A DNA stretch of 63,337 nucleotides, the filler included, from Basidioascus undulatus (lineage: Eukaryota), in assembly GCA_000826855.1 (NCBI GenBank). It is 3 parts of 3 records of this genome, joined end to end, with 100 filler letters (N's around TTAATTAATTAA, not from the genome) between each part and the next. Parts side by side here need not be neighbours in the genome. Positions count along the whole stretch, not along the records: positions 42,342 to 63,337 come from JTLS01000346.1; 2 more parts are not named here. One strand, 5' to 3'. Below the pieces are notes generated by a model. That model searched no databases and was not told the DNA's origin. It saw only the letters and a list, made by a program, of their open reading frames with translations. Positions 49,793-62,912 of the stretch are shown here, one piece after another. Within the stretch, counting starts at the first letter, position 1; each line of letters opens with the position of its first letter. A program made the position numbers and the translations under genes.

Positions 49793-52700
49793 TCAATAGT
49801 GGTCGCCGTACTGCAGGTGCGTCCTGTAGAAGTCCGCGATAGCAATGGAGCTGCGCTTGAACTGCAACATAAACGAAGATGATGAGCTGAGTTTGCCTCG
49901 GGCTTTTGATAGACTTCCTTACCTCCCGAGGGAGCTTGGGGTCGGTGAAGTTGACGTATTGAGTGCCGAACCTGGCGCCTAGTCCGACGGCCCACTCGAA
50001 GTTGTCGATCGCCGACCAGGAGTACGCGCCCTTGATGGGAACGCCGTCCTCATGGATCAGGAGACTGACGGGCCTCATTAGCAGGTAACACAAGGCACAG
50101 AGCACCTTAATGCCGACTCACAGGATCTCTCCAAGGTACGTCAGGAAGTAGTTCGTGCGAGAGCTGTCCTGCGAGCCATACAGTGGAATTAGGCAGGCTC
50201 AAGAGTCTGTTGAGAAGTTTACGTACTTCGCGGATATCGCTGAGAACGGTGCGCTGCGCTTCGAAAGGCTCCGACCACTGAAAGCGTGAGGCAGCATCTT
50301 CAGCATGGAATGATGGGACCATGGATAAGATGCACGCACGCCAAACTCGGTCACATAAATGGCATCGACGGGCCATCGCGCCAAAAGCTCCTTGAAGAAC
50401 TGCCGGAGGCGGTCGCCGGAGGTGGTGAGCCAGTTGGTCCGTGGGTCCGCCTATGTACTTAGTTCAGAACTGCTCTGAGGCGCGGGGGATTCTGTAAGCT
50501 CACGTTGATGCCGGTAGCCCAGCCGTAATCCGGGTCGTAAAAGACTGGGACGTTGCAGGATGGCCAAAGCTACCGATTGAGCCAGTGTCAGCATAGTGAA
50601 CCCCATGGAAGCCCCGGAGACACGTACAGGGTCTGAGCGATTGTTGATGCACGCCTCAATACCTCCCTCCGGAGCACGGACGTAGTTGACTCTGCGCGAT
50701 TGTCAGGCGCGTGGCAAGACCAGTACGGAAGGGAGTAGCTCACCTGTAGGAGTCAGTCGCGAAGAAGTCTGCGCTGCCGAGGATATCGGCCTTTTCCTCC
50801 TCAGTGAAGCGGGGTAGTTCTTTTGGCGTCAGCACGTCAGAGAGATTCGGCGGCCCTGTAGATAAGGCCGCCACGCTCAGTTACACTCTGCAGCGTCCAT
50901 CAGCTTGCGGTTGAGCTCACAATCGCCAGTCGAGTAGATGGGGTCAGAGAACACGCCAATCTGGTCCAACAAATATGAGCCTTTTGTCGGGCTTACAACC
51001 CATCCATTGAACGCTGCGTACCTGATACTGCGTGTGCCGCTCGGCTGCAAGGGCGTCCTCAGTGCTGTTCGCCCTCCACGGCACGCCAATGTCTGACAGG
51101 AAACGAGAGGTAAGAGCAAGCTCCTGTGTCACTGCACTAGCGCACAGTCATCGTTTTTTATGGCGATCTGGCCCTCAATGCTGTCGAGGGTGCATACAAA
51201 TCTGTCAGCGGGGGCAACTGCATTAGATGGATCGTGCGTACCCCAGTTCACGGAATCGCTTGACCTGTGCGAGCAACAGAGCTAGTCAGAAACAAGATGG
51301 ACTTCGCTTCGACCTCGGGAGGCTTACAGCGGCGGCATGGGCCTTCAGCACATAGTATGAGCATTGATACGGAACAGCGATGTAGTCCGGGTCAGTGACC
51401 TTGGCGCCTGTGCCAGATAATCGTTAAGCCCTGAAAAATTGCAAGTTAAGTAATGCGGTTGAAAAACACACCGTTTGCGGCTGCCAGGATGCCTAAAGCC
51501 TGTCCACAGAACACCCTCGGTTCGTTGAAGGTGACTGATCGGTAATCCGCAGGTTTGAGTGAGCAACAAAGTAAAAGCAGCGGAGGCCCAGCGTACACCA
51601 TGTCTTCACTCGTCCATTGAAGAGCTTAAAGAGAGTTTCCGCGTACTGCCAGTTCCAATGGATCAGGAGACTGTGGTAAAGGAGGAGATGGGCGGAGGAC
51701 GACGAGGGCTCGTTGAATTGGTGGGAGCGTTGTCGGCCGGCACCGAAGTGTGTCAGTCTGGACGCACGTGGGCAAAGTCCGCTACCACGGCCTCATCTCT
51801 GAAAGCACCGTATTGCTGCCAGATCGTGAGAGGGATATCCCAGTGACTGAGAGTGATCTTCAAAAATTGAACTTCGTCAGACGTGGGCTTTGAGGTTCTC
51901 AAAGGTGAGGGCCGGCAACAGGCACGTACCACGGGCTCGATGCCAAGCTCTAGGGCGTAATCAACCAGTCGGTTGTAGTAGTCAAGCCCAGCCTGCCAGA
52001 AAAGAGGGTGGTTAATGAAAGCCGACGTAGTGGCACCCCGAACGTGTATTGTGCTTGTCTCACTTGGTTGATCGGCGAGTCCTTGTAGCCAAAGGGAAAG
52101 ACTCGACTCCACGCAACGCTGAAGTCGAGCTAGATGTAAGCCTGCGTACTGTTGGAATGGGAATTACTCTTACGAGAAGGAGTAGTGGGTCTGAACAAAG
52201 TGAGAAAACATTCATTCAGGTGTACACGTTTTCTATCCTGCAGAAAAGGAACTCACTGTGCCGAGGGCTTGCAACCTCGCGAGGTCGTGTTTGTATAGGT
52301 GATACTGCACGTATGCAGTGATTATTTGGCCGCTTTGGAGGAAGACAAATAACTGTGCACGGTACCTGATCATCAGCGACGTCTCCAGTCGTATTGTCCG
52401 CGACGTAGCCTAATTTGAACACGACGTTAGCAAGAGTAATCTGATGTCCAAACGACCAGCGTACCCGGTATGGCGTGGGTCGCGAAGTCCCAACTGCGAC
52501 AAAAATTAGAGAACTGATACTCTCGTTTCACCCATCACACAAGCAGGACCCACTTGTTGGGCCCTTTGCCATCCTCCTTAACTGCTCCCTGCACGACATG
52601 AATGATTCTATTAGTTGCCGTCTTGATGTACCGGGAAATAGTCTTACCTCCACTTGATATCTATGGTCAGGGGTATTCTTAATGTAAGCGCAGCTCTACA

Positions 52701-53146
52701 AGTGAATGCAGTGGGACGCACGACGATGTGGCGTAACCGTACACAAACCCCTTCGGGAATCTGCAGATGAGACCCACCATCAGAACAGGACGGGTGTCAA
52801 AAGAAAAAGAAGTTAAAACTCACTTCAGGCCCGGCAGGACGTCCTTCGCATCGGGGGCATACCACGGTGGGTACAGCGGCGGCGGAGAGGCGGGAAGGAC
52901 GACAGGAAGCTCAGGCTCCGGCACCGGGTTGTCGGCCCAGTACGAGACGTTGACCGGACGGGTCGCCTCAATCACCGCCCAGAGAGCGTCGAGAGCGGCC
53001 TGGTCGTATGTTTCTGGCTTGTATATTCCACCAGGTGTCGTGAGCGTGGGTGCCCCGGTGTTGCTCGATTGTCGAGGATGGTGAAACGCAGCGGCGTGGG
53101 TGACGGAGAACACAGACGCAAGCAAGCCGAGAGAGGAAGGCCGCAT
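49793..53146 (-). CDS. Secreted glycoside hydrolase family 1 beta-glucosidase, very intron-rich
   Basis: Signal peptide, PKGFVYGYATSSYQVEGA, GDVADDQYHLYK, FSVAWSRVFP, TLSHWDIP, acid/base TFNEP, nucleophile VTEFG, WSAIDNFEW. Confidence 0.93.
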
Positions 53147-53993
53147 ATTTTTGGTATTTTGGTCGAGTTAGGAAGAGAGGCGAAAGAAAACTCTTTCTTA
53201 TATACACAGGACTCGCTCTCCGGTCCGCTAAAGGGGCGTCTCGCGCCGGGTCGTCCGGGCAAGAGCTCCACTGGTCCATTCCCAGCAGTCTTTACAGGCA
53301 GAGAGGGCTTTGCCGCACGTGGAAACAGGCATGGCGGACGCATCTAATTTGATTTGAGCAATAGGAACATTCAGGTCTTGGAAGAAGTACCCGCCTTTCA
53401 GGTGGCCACTGATCCCATAGGTCATGCCTTAAGCTGTCCACCGGCACGACCGAATCTGGCCGCGACTTGCATGCACTACAGTCGTCTGCTGACCTCTCGC
53501 TGATCTTGTCCGCCGCATGTTCGGGAGCCCCTTGATGGCATACATCGAATATGTAGCTGTGGAACAAACTCATCTAAGGAACAGCCGCTTCTTGTGCAAT
53601 TCGGCCTTCGAGAGATCGACGATCAGTCCCGCACTGGGAGCAACTGCAGGCCGCATCTCGCCTGTGTCGGTTAGCCACTCGTGCGGTTTGCTATAATACC
53701 AGCCATATAATAAGATATATAAGATTTTGGATTTTTGTTGATCTGTGTCAGTATCTTTGTGGTTCGATGTCAGAGTGTAAGAGTGTACGAAAGAGGGACC
53801 CAAATTTTGGCATTCGCCCCCAACAGCTGAAGTCTTGGTACAACCTCTCCCCTTCCCGTGTAGAGGACCCCTCCATGGAAATTTTAGGCTTAAGAAGTGT
53901 TGGAATGGACGAACAAACTTGGACACTGCCGGCAGTACAAACTTGTTGACGATGCAATGCGAGTTTATCAAACGCAACAGGCGGTCCAGAAGT

Positions 53994-56900
53994 TCAGAAA
54001 AGAGCAGCGTCATCTACAATGTCAAAGAAGCGCGGCGCTATCGCTGCAGCTGCGAGTACTGCAACGATTAATGAGGCGATGCCATCGTCATTTCGTCCCG
54101 CGGCAGAGTCTTCATCGTCGCTCGGTGCGAACATGGGATCGCTGTCGCCAGATGCATTCGCCTCGATCCACTCGGGCACACAGCGTAGTAGCAGAATCAG
54201 CAACGTCATGCTCTGCGCATACCCTTCCCAGCCCTTGCTCTCTCGCACCTGGCACCAAAGGGCGTACGACGCGCTCGTTTGCTCGGCGGGGACGACGATG
54301 TCCTGCCCATCCCAGCACCACTGAGCATAACAGCTTGAGCATTCGTCCGACTCAACGGAGCGCTTGACAACAGCGCAAGCGAGGCATGTATGCCAGGCGC
54401 CTCCAAGAAAGTTGTTGAGTGTTGCAGAGGCTGCACCGTTCGCAATGAGTCCGTGAGATTGGGCCGGGTCGTATTGAAGCTCTGCGTTGAGCGAATGTAC
54501 GGAAAAGGTTGTTTTTCAGGCTTAACAGGAGGGAAGCGATGAGGGAAAGAGGGAAGAGAGACTGAAGGTGCTCTAGTTTGCGGCGTAAACGTAAGGGTAG
54601 CTCGGAATGCTTTTAGAACGGATGCGTTAGCAGAGCCCGAATCATCCCTGCACTTTCCACAACAGGACAATAAGCGGCGCAGTGTTCGACCGCATAAGAG
54701 GTGTCCAAGTTGGACGCATCAGAAGCATTGCTTTGCCAACAAGAACACAATCCTCTTCAGCGTCTTTGTAGGGGTTGTTTTGCAATTTAAAACCTGACGC
54801 ACCATCCGAAGAATACAGGACGCTGGTTCAGGCCCTGCGCCACCATTTGCTCCCCCGTCGGCATTCGCCGGACGGGCACGTTGCGAAAGTCCGTCAAACT
54901 GCGGTTATAAGTGTGGTAGAGCGACGTTCCTGTCGATGAAACTATGTCAGGCATGTGCTGCTTGAAACCGTGAAGTTATCTGACAGACGGTTGCTGAGTT
55001 ACGAACCATTCGGCCACAATATGTCGGTATCACCCGAGACATCAACGCGCTGCGAAAACATTGTATTTCCCTAAGCACACCTAAAATGGGAATTTGGGTG
55101 CGAAAACAATTGAATTGGAGCGTACAAAATTACGTCTATGTTCCGCTGGGGCTTGAGGAGCAGCCACAGCCTGTCGGAGCATGAAACAGTTCCGCCAACG
55201 CGCACGCATGGGATCAGATATCAACGAAAGTGGGCGTACGAGATATTCTCCCCAACTTCACCGCCATCCACAAGTGTGACTTCCTCGAGATCCGAAATCT
55301 GTAAGGCACGTTCCCCGGACCCACGTGAGTGCAGACGGCTAGCTTGCTAGCTGTTTTCGGAACGCGATTCCTACTGTCATGGAGTGACTTTTCCATGAGT
55401 ATTCCGGTATTAGCATAAGTCGTTTTGGTAAGATCTTCACAGTATGCCGCTGGACCAAATGCCTACGGTGAAGTGGAAGGTATAAGCTTTTTGACCTCCC
55501 GAAAAGCAGGACAACGCACGGGGACGCACGGCATTGCTATCGTTCCTCCAGCGGTAGAACGGGTTACGCCAGAGCGCGGCATCATTCTCAGTTCGGCTGA
55601 ACTGCGCGAGCGCCTCTTCCAGGATATCGGAGAGTACTCCATATTCCGATGAGGAGCCGAATAGTGTGTCTGTTGTTGCATCGTTTGTCAAATAGCGTGC
55701 CTGTAGAGAAGCAGGCTCGCCGCACGTCCAGCGTTGAAGAAGGTACTGCTCGTGCCAACAACGAATCCGAAGTTCTCAAGGCTGCGTTGAGGTTAATAGA
55801 GTAAACAGGCGTCAGGTGTGCAGTAGCCATGGCCATGTAATGCGCACTCACCAAATGACACAAGAGTCGGCAGCGACATCTCCATTCTCCCATGGGGTAC
55901 CGACGTACTCTATGGGAGCGAAGGCACCATATTCGCCGCCCTCCGCGAACCCCCCGAGTAGTTCGGACTGACAAGACAACGAAAACAGATTGAGCACCAT
56001 GTATTGCCGCCCCTGTTGCGGTGCTTAGAAAAGATGGACGCGCACGCTTCCACATTCAAACGGGTTCATCTCCCAAATTGATGCATTCTGTCCAACGCTG
56101 AATCCGGTCTGGCATAAGTCTACCGCGGCTGGTACCTCTTAGGGCAAACAAACACAAGTACTAACATAATCTGTCCTTCCTCTCTTTCCAGGGCAATCAC
56201 GATAGGGAAAGGCAGCTCGCTGTTGGTCCATGCAGTTGTGTTCTGGATTGCGCCGGAGAAGTTGTCGATACGCCAGGATCAGGATGCCGGGAATCGTTCA
56301 GGAGGTGGTACGAGAGCGCTCGGTCCCAGAGGTCCTGCAGGTCAGGCGTAACCCGCAGGAGCAGAATAAGCGAAGGGCAACGGGTGGAACCCAGGGACGA
56401 TAAACCGTCAATTGCGTCGCGACCGGCAGAGCGTTTGGATAATACGTCCGAGACTATGCTGGTGTAGTCTGCGGAAGAATAGAAGAAAGGGTTGGAGAAG
56501 CGCCGCCTTCAATGCGCTGGATTCACAAAGGCCGTACAGTCGATATTTTCAAGGGCACTGCCTGGAATGATGAGGTCCGATTCCAGGTTCCACACCTAAA
56601 GCATGCAATTATTTGTCAGTTGGAATTGTACGGGTCAAGCGTGATGATACACACCTCTGAGTTGAGCGTCCAAGGGCTTTCCAGGCCAGAAGCAGCAACG
56701 GACCCGACGAGCCAGCTCCCGCCACTTATCAACAACCACACTCCCCTTGAGCTCCTATACAGTTCTTCCGAAACGAGAAGACAGACTCACGACAAGCCCG
56801 CCACCTACAAACTATCAAGTGCGCTTCAAGTTGCTCTGTTAGATCAATAACGCTCCAACTTGAAGTACGAATCTGGGAAGCCGCAGTCGTGAGTGAGCGG

Positions 56901-57050
56901 AAGAAGATCTGGGGTCGTCGTCCAGCTCTTGCATGCTGAGCGAAGGCCGAAGGGCTCGATCGACATGCTCGGTGCGTATGCCTGAGGTCTGCGCTGGATG
57001 GAAGATCTTGAATAGGGGCATATAGTGAGAATAGAAGGCTTAAGATGCAA
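53994..57050 (-). pseudogene. Lysophospholipase/phospholipase B (PLA2_B), GPI-anchor-type C-terminus, pseudogene
   Basis: AGLSGGSWL, DLWDRALSYHL, ELPFPIVIA, GFVVGTSSTFFN, NPFY, LVDGGEVGENI, WPNGTSL, GLNQRPVFFGC, TCLACA...CYAQWCWDG. Frameshifts near 56422 and 56260; SGGGxRA region not found. Confidence 0.85.
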
Positions 57051-57262
57051 ATGAGAGGGCGAAAACGAGCGTCAGCCGCCGGTGAGAGGCCCTGAGGACC
57101 TGAAGCGCCAACCCCAGCCCCCTTCCCTCCCTCCACCAGAGCCCTTGCGGGATGAAGCCACGGGAAGTGAAGGACATTTATTGCAAGTATGAGCGGTTTC
57201 TTCACCAAATGGCAAGGCTACTCATGGTCGGGGGAGCAAAGTCAAAGTCAACGTCGATCGAA

Positions 57263-57726
57263 TCAGATCTCCTTCTCCAGCGCCTCTTTCAGCTCCTTCT
57301 CCACCTCTTTCCTCTTGGCTGCCCACAGACCCGCAGTACATTTCCCCTTCAGAAGTAAGCGTGCGTGTATGCGTATGTGCCCGAAACTGCGAGCAAGGCC
57401 CAGCAACGCACCCTGCACCTCCTTCAGCTTCCCGTCCTTCGACGGCGCGCGGAACAGGGCGCCCGCGTCCGCGGCCGTGCGGAACTCGTAGACCTTCTGT
57501 GATACGGAAGTACTTCATGAGATAATGGAAAGGAGCATCGCGCGAAGTCGAAGCGAGACTGACGGCGTTGGGTGCGAGCGACGAGAGCTCCGCTTGGAGG
57601 ACAGTGAGGATTTGAAGCTGGAGCGAGAGCGACGAGCATGAGCGAGTGCGAGAGCAGAACGATGCCAAGAGTGCGATAACGAACCTGCTCTTGCAAGTGA
57701 AGCACGAGCGGCGATTTCGTGGCCAT
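57263..57726 (-). CDS. ~78-aa beta-prefoldin-like microprotein (ASDURF/PDRG1-like), 4 exons
   Basis: Three GT-AG introns give MATKSPLVLHLQEQLQILTVLQAELSSLAPNAKVYEFRTAADAGALFRAPSKDGKLKEVQAKRKEVEKELKEALEKEI*. Confidence 0.7.
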
Positions 57727-58088
57727 GTCAGGAGCGTGCACAGAAGCTAGACTGAAGGTTGTCGGGGATCAAGACGCGCCAGCGCGACGTCTTCGCTCTC
57801 AACGCCTTCTCCCACGTGTAGCTACTCTCACAAACGTTCGCCTTCACATCCACACGCAATCGCAGGGTTTGCCAAGGAGAGTATGATATACGATGTCGTC
57901 AACAGAGGGGAATTAAAGGTAAACTACTAAACTACGCAAGACATGTGAAGGTATCGGGGTCGTAACGATGCACAGGACCAGCCAGAGGAGACAGGGATCA
58001 AGGAAACCGACATGAGGAAAGGAAGATGCGAGGGGGACACGGGATAAGGAAGGACGAGTGGAGAGGGTGAGAGGGCCGGAGGGGGAGC

Positions 58089-59723
58089 TTACGCCGCCGC
58101 GGCGACGACGGGAGCGGCGGGGGGAGCGGCGGGCTTGTCCTCGTCCTTCGCCTCAGCCGGGGCCGCCGCCTCCTCCTTCTTGGGCTGTGCATAGCGAATG
58201 TCAGGCTCCGAAGGTGATGAACGTCAAGCCAAAGAACTTACCTCCTCCGCCGCGGGGGCAGCAGCCTCCGCAGCCAGGGTCTCCTCCTCAGCCTTGGGGG
58301 CCTCCTCCGCATTGGCCTCGGGGACCGCCTCGACGGGGTTGGCCTGATGAGGGCAAGGCGACGTCAGCGGGATAGATTGCAGATGTGACGAGCGCAGAGC
58401 AGGTGGCCTACCTCCTCCTTCTTCGGGGACTTGTGGAAGAGACCACCGATCTTGGCCGAGAGACGACGGCCGAGCTTCTTCTCGTCCTTCTTTTTCGGGG
58501 ACGCGGGAGCCTAATCGACAGCAACCGAGTAAGTATGTCGTACACAATGTCAAGCGTAGACAAACCAGGGAAGGACTGACCTCCTCTTTCTTCTCCTCCT
58601 CGGCGGCGGCATCGGCCGGCGCAGCCTCACCCTCTTTGACCTCCTGGACGCCATGTTTTAAGCACCCCTCGCCATACCCGATAATAGTGAGACGACGCAC
58701 CTCAGCAGCGCGCTTCGCCTCCTCGACCGCAGCAGCAGCCTCCTCAGGCTTGACCTCCTCAGCAGGCTTGGTCTCCTCGACGGCGGGGGCGGAAGCAGCC
58801 TCCTACAAACCGGGCGGCATGAATATCGAGGCTTACCAGTGGACGTGGACGGATGGGCCTACCTCGGTCTTGGGCGCCTCAGCGGCAGTCTCAGCCGGGG
58901 TAGCGTCGACAGGCTGCAGGATAGAGTCAGCGCCCAATGCGGTTCTCCACGAGGTCGAGGCAGCTTACGGGAAGGACGGGGGCCTCCTCGGCGACAGGCG
59001 CGGTCTGCAAGGCACAAGCAGAGAGGGGTAAGCCCAAACCCACTCAGGGGTAAAGTGCGCGGACGCAGAGGTCCGAGCGCAGTGCGCGCGACGCACCTCC
59101 TCCTTTTTCGCCTCCTCCTCCTTCTTCTCCTTGGGCTTCTTCTCGCCGAGGAAAGACTTAATGCTGGAGATGGAAATGCAATATCGAGTCAGACGCGCAT
59201 CGAAGCGGCGAAGATGTGATTCAGACGCACCGAGAAACGAGCGAGGGCTTCTTGGCCTTGGGCGACTTGGGCTCGTCCTTCTTCTCCTATTGTCGACGAC
59301 GCTTCAGCCAACGTCCCCTTCCGAGAGTGCGAGTGGGGAATGGGAAAAGACGTACCTCAGCGGCGGGCGCAGCGGTCCCCTCAGCGGCAGTCTCGGTGGC
59401 AGCCGGAGCGTCGGCCTTGGGCTCCTCGACAGCGGCAGCGCCAGTGGGCTCAGCAGCAGCCGGGGCCTCCTCCTTAGCCTCCTCCGCCTTGGGCTCCTCA
59501 GCCTTAGGCTCCTCGGCCTTGGGCTCCTCGGCCTTGGTCTCCTCGACGGCGGGGGCGGGGGTCTCCTGTAAAAGTACGAGAACGAGATCAGGCCAGCGCC
59601 GGCGGTGGCACGGTCGGAATGTGTCCGCACCTCGGCCTTAGGCTCGACGGCGACGGCGGTCTCCTCGACCTTGAGGTCGGCAGCGGGGGCGGGGGCGGCA
59701 GCGGTCTCAGCGGGGGCGGACAT
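58089..59723 (-). CDS. Ala/Glu/Pro/Lys-rich intrinsically disordered protein, 11 exons
   Basis: Clean GT-AG splicing, strong codon bias, KAEEP repeats, two basic amphipathic motifs. Confidence 0.85.
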
Positions 59724-61554
59724 GGTATACGACTTGGGACTGTAGGACTAGAAAGCGGCTGTTGGTGAGGGGAAACGGCGGGGGGTCAGCTCAACAGATT
59801 CTCGGCGGACGAGGTGAATGCTGTGCTCGTGCAGTCTGCCGTCACCGCGCGGTCGACGCGCCATGTCACCGCCAGTGGTCCGATGCCGCTCAAGGGGGCC
59901 AGAGAGCCATGAATCCTCCGAGCTCCTGATTCGGCATTAGGCAAAAGACGGCGGTGTGCACCGCCGCATCGTCGAGAATGTACGTCCGCAGTGTGTGTGC
60001 TACTCACGAATTAAAGGATGCTTGGAAATGCACAAGGGCGAGCGGGACAAAGGGCGCGGGGAGAGGGAGAGAGCGAAGAGAGATGGTGGGAGGAAGCGAA
60101 GAGCTGGCTGGCGGGCTTTGACCTGGGGCAAGCAAACATAGGGGAAGGGCAGCGGCTCGAGCACACGCGTTGACCGCCCGTTTTTTCTAAGTGTAGCGCG
60201 TTCCGCACCTTGGCGATGTGCGCCGCAATCCTGCAATTCCCACTGCGCCCCTCTACCCAGTCACAGACTGTAAATACATGCCCCATTCCCCTCCCCGAAG
60301 TGGGTATCTTCGGGAGTCAGACGACCAGCCCGAACGGACTGAAAACAAAGAGGAAGGCGTTCTGAGCGTGTTGACAGCGACTGGGATATTTAGAGTTTGC
60401 ACCGTCTGAAACACTGGACCCTTTCACCAACTTTCACATGAAGATCGATAGGCGCCTTGCAAGCGTGGGGGCCCTCCACAACGTGCCGATCGCGAGGCTG
60501 GCTGGCAAAATGCCACCCGACCGGACGCACCCGACAACAACGGTGTTTTTCCTCTCACTGCAAAGGCGAAGAGGGTGAAATTTTATCGTAGCTACTACAG
60601 ACCTGCCTGTCATGAGGAAAGGGAGACTAGTTTCCAAGTGAAGGGTAGAAAGCAGCGAATCGACACGGAAGAACTGCGGGAGACTGGCAGAGTTCGCTTC
60701 TATTCCGCCTTGTCCTTGTCAACCCTGGTGGATCGTTAGACAACCAAGGCCTACCCTGCCGACGGCCCACCCCGCACAACATCGACTACTCCTGCAGGCT
60801 GCTCTACCTGAGCTTGTAGGAGGATAACCAACAGCAAGGTGGTGTTGGACGTGAGAATGAGGTCGGGATTGCCGCTGGTGCGGAGCACGGAAATGGACAA
60901 TGGCGTGCATGGTCGCCGGCGATTGCGTTGGCGTAATCGGTTGGCGAGCAGTCACGGAAGGTCCTGGAAGGTGAAATGGGGGCCTCGGGATCAGTGATCG
61001 CTGAGAGATCAACGCAAATCGAGGCGTATCAAAATGGTTATCACAACAGAGAGTGAGTTCGGAGGTGCCAACTGCAGCTTGCACATCTTGGCTTGCTCGA
61101 CGTACAATCCCCGGGGTGAAAACACACATCAAGCACAACACCTTCAGTACCCAGAGCTTTGCTTAAACACTCTCTAATCCTTCTCTCATGTCCTTTCCGG
61201 GTACCCCATACTAACGGCTGGGAGTAAAGGGCCCGTTATTCAATTCCATCGCACAAGTGCAATTTTGCGCTACGGCGCAAGGATTCTTATAAGGAGAAGA
61301 AAATCTCGTCCTGCTCATATCCCAAGGACAACAGGTCAGCGCGAACCGAGAACCCAGCACGACCCCTTGGAGAAGCTGCGCTGTTGTCGGCGAAAAACCT
61401 CCTGTCGCTGTCGAGCCGGTTCGACGCGGTCGGTGTTGTGCACCACCGTATCACTCCGATGCAATCTCCAACTTTTTTTTCAGTGGTTTAACTCCTTCCG
61501 TATGAGTAGAAAGTTAACAGCCAGGATTTGGGCGTCGGGTATCTGCTCATTGAA

Positions 61555-61593
61555 TCTACGTGGTGGGTCTACGTGGCGGGTCTACGTGGTGGG
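61555..61593. repeat. 3 x 13-bp tandem repeat TCTACGTGGYGGG
   Basis: Directly visible in a long divergent intergenic region. Confidence 0.85.
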
Positions 61594-62912
61594 TCTGCCT
61601 CCGTGGTGAACCGGTGAAGTTGGAAGCGTCGCTGCGTCAAATCATCGCTGCCGCGGAAGGACACGGACAGAGAAACACATGGATGGAAGGTTCCGGCCAA
61701 AAAAAAAGGCGTCTAGTATGTCCTCTGCGGGCGAGAGCCATACCAAAAAGCCTTGTTGAATAGACGTTATCCGCCACTGCAGTGGGCGCACACTCTGACC
61801 ATTTGTTGAGAGCAATCTGAACGGCTTCAGGACTGCCGTTAAGGAAATCTCTAGGATCTCTCGATCACAGACGAGCCAGTACTCTGAGCTCTAAACAATC
61901 AACCCCACGCGACCAAAGCTTCAAAACCCGGATATTGTGACTATGAATATTCGGCTTCTTTGCATGGCCCATGACAGCTTCAACCCTTGTTGGCGTCTGC
62001 GCATGTCGAACTGCCTTCCTCGGTGTGCTTCTTCAAGGTGTATACACTGGAGTAACGTTCTTAATGTACTTTCACACGCACAGGACCCCCCGTTCGCACG
62101 GAAGCCAAGGCGTGCATCGCAGCTGCGTGCCACAGGCATCCTGCGCAGGCGCCGTTCTCTCAGCAGCCTCAGCGTGGAGTAGAAGCTACAATCTCACGAA
62201 CGCACCGGTATGCGGCTGCTTAATTATCTCATCCGAGGCTGATACGATAGAGACAACAAGAGTTCCAGGCGTTACAGCTTGTTCCTCGCCCCTTCTCCTG
62301 ATGGCCCTGTGCCTCAGCTGCAACCTTCCCCTGGTTCGCGACGCGCTGACGAAGGGAAGGAGGGACATATCTCAAGATCATTGACACATCTACTGAACCT
62401 CCCAAGTCCATTGGTAAAAAGTATCAAGCTGTGCACATCCTTTTGTGGACCGCGTCTTGAAAGACTGCGACGTTGAGGCGGGCCCGGACTGTCAAAGTCA
62501 CGCAGCGTCAGCGTCACGCGTCAAGGCCTCCTAAGCACTGTATACCCTGTCGATTCCCCTGCTTCAGCAGTGCTGAGCAAGACTTCACCACCAGAAAGTA
62601 ATGCATACTAGCTGGTGGTACCAGAAAAAAATGGCATTTAAGACCGCCATCAGTCGAAGTGTCGATCAACATGGAAACGGACAACAGCTTGCGAAGAAAA
62701 TGACACCGGCCCGCTGCAAGTTGCACGCAGGGCGCGCGACAGACCAACCGCCTCCTGCGTCCTGCCTCCTGTGCTATGCTCTGCTTCTTAACAGACGACC
62801 ACGACGCCGCGCCTACATTATATCTCCACACTCGGGATTCCCGCCGCTACGATACCATACCCAGCTTTTACACATACCAGAACCCGCGCCTGCCTGCCGC
62901 CGTCCAACACCA

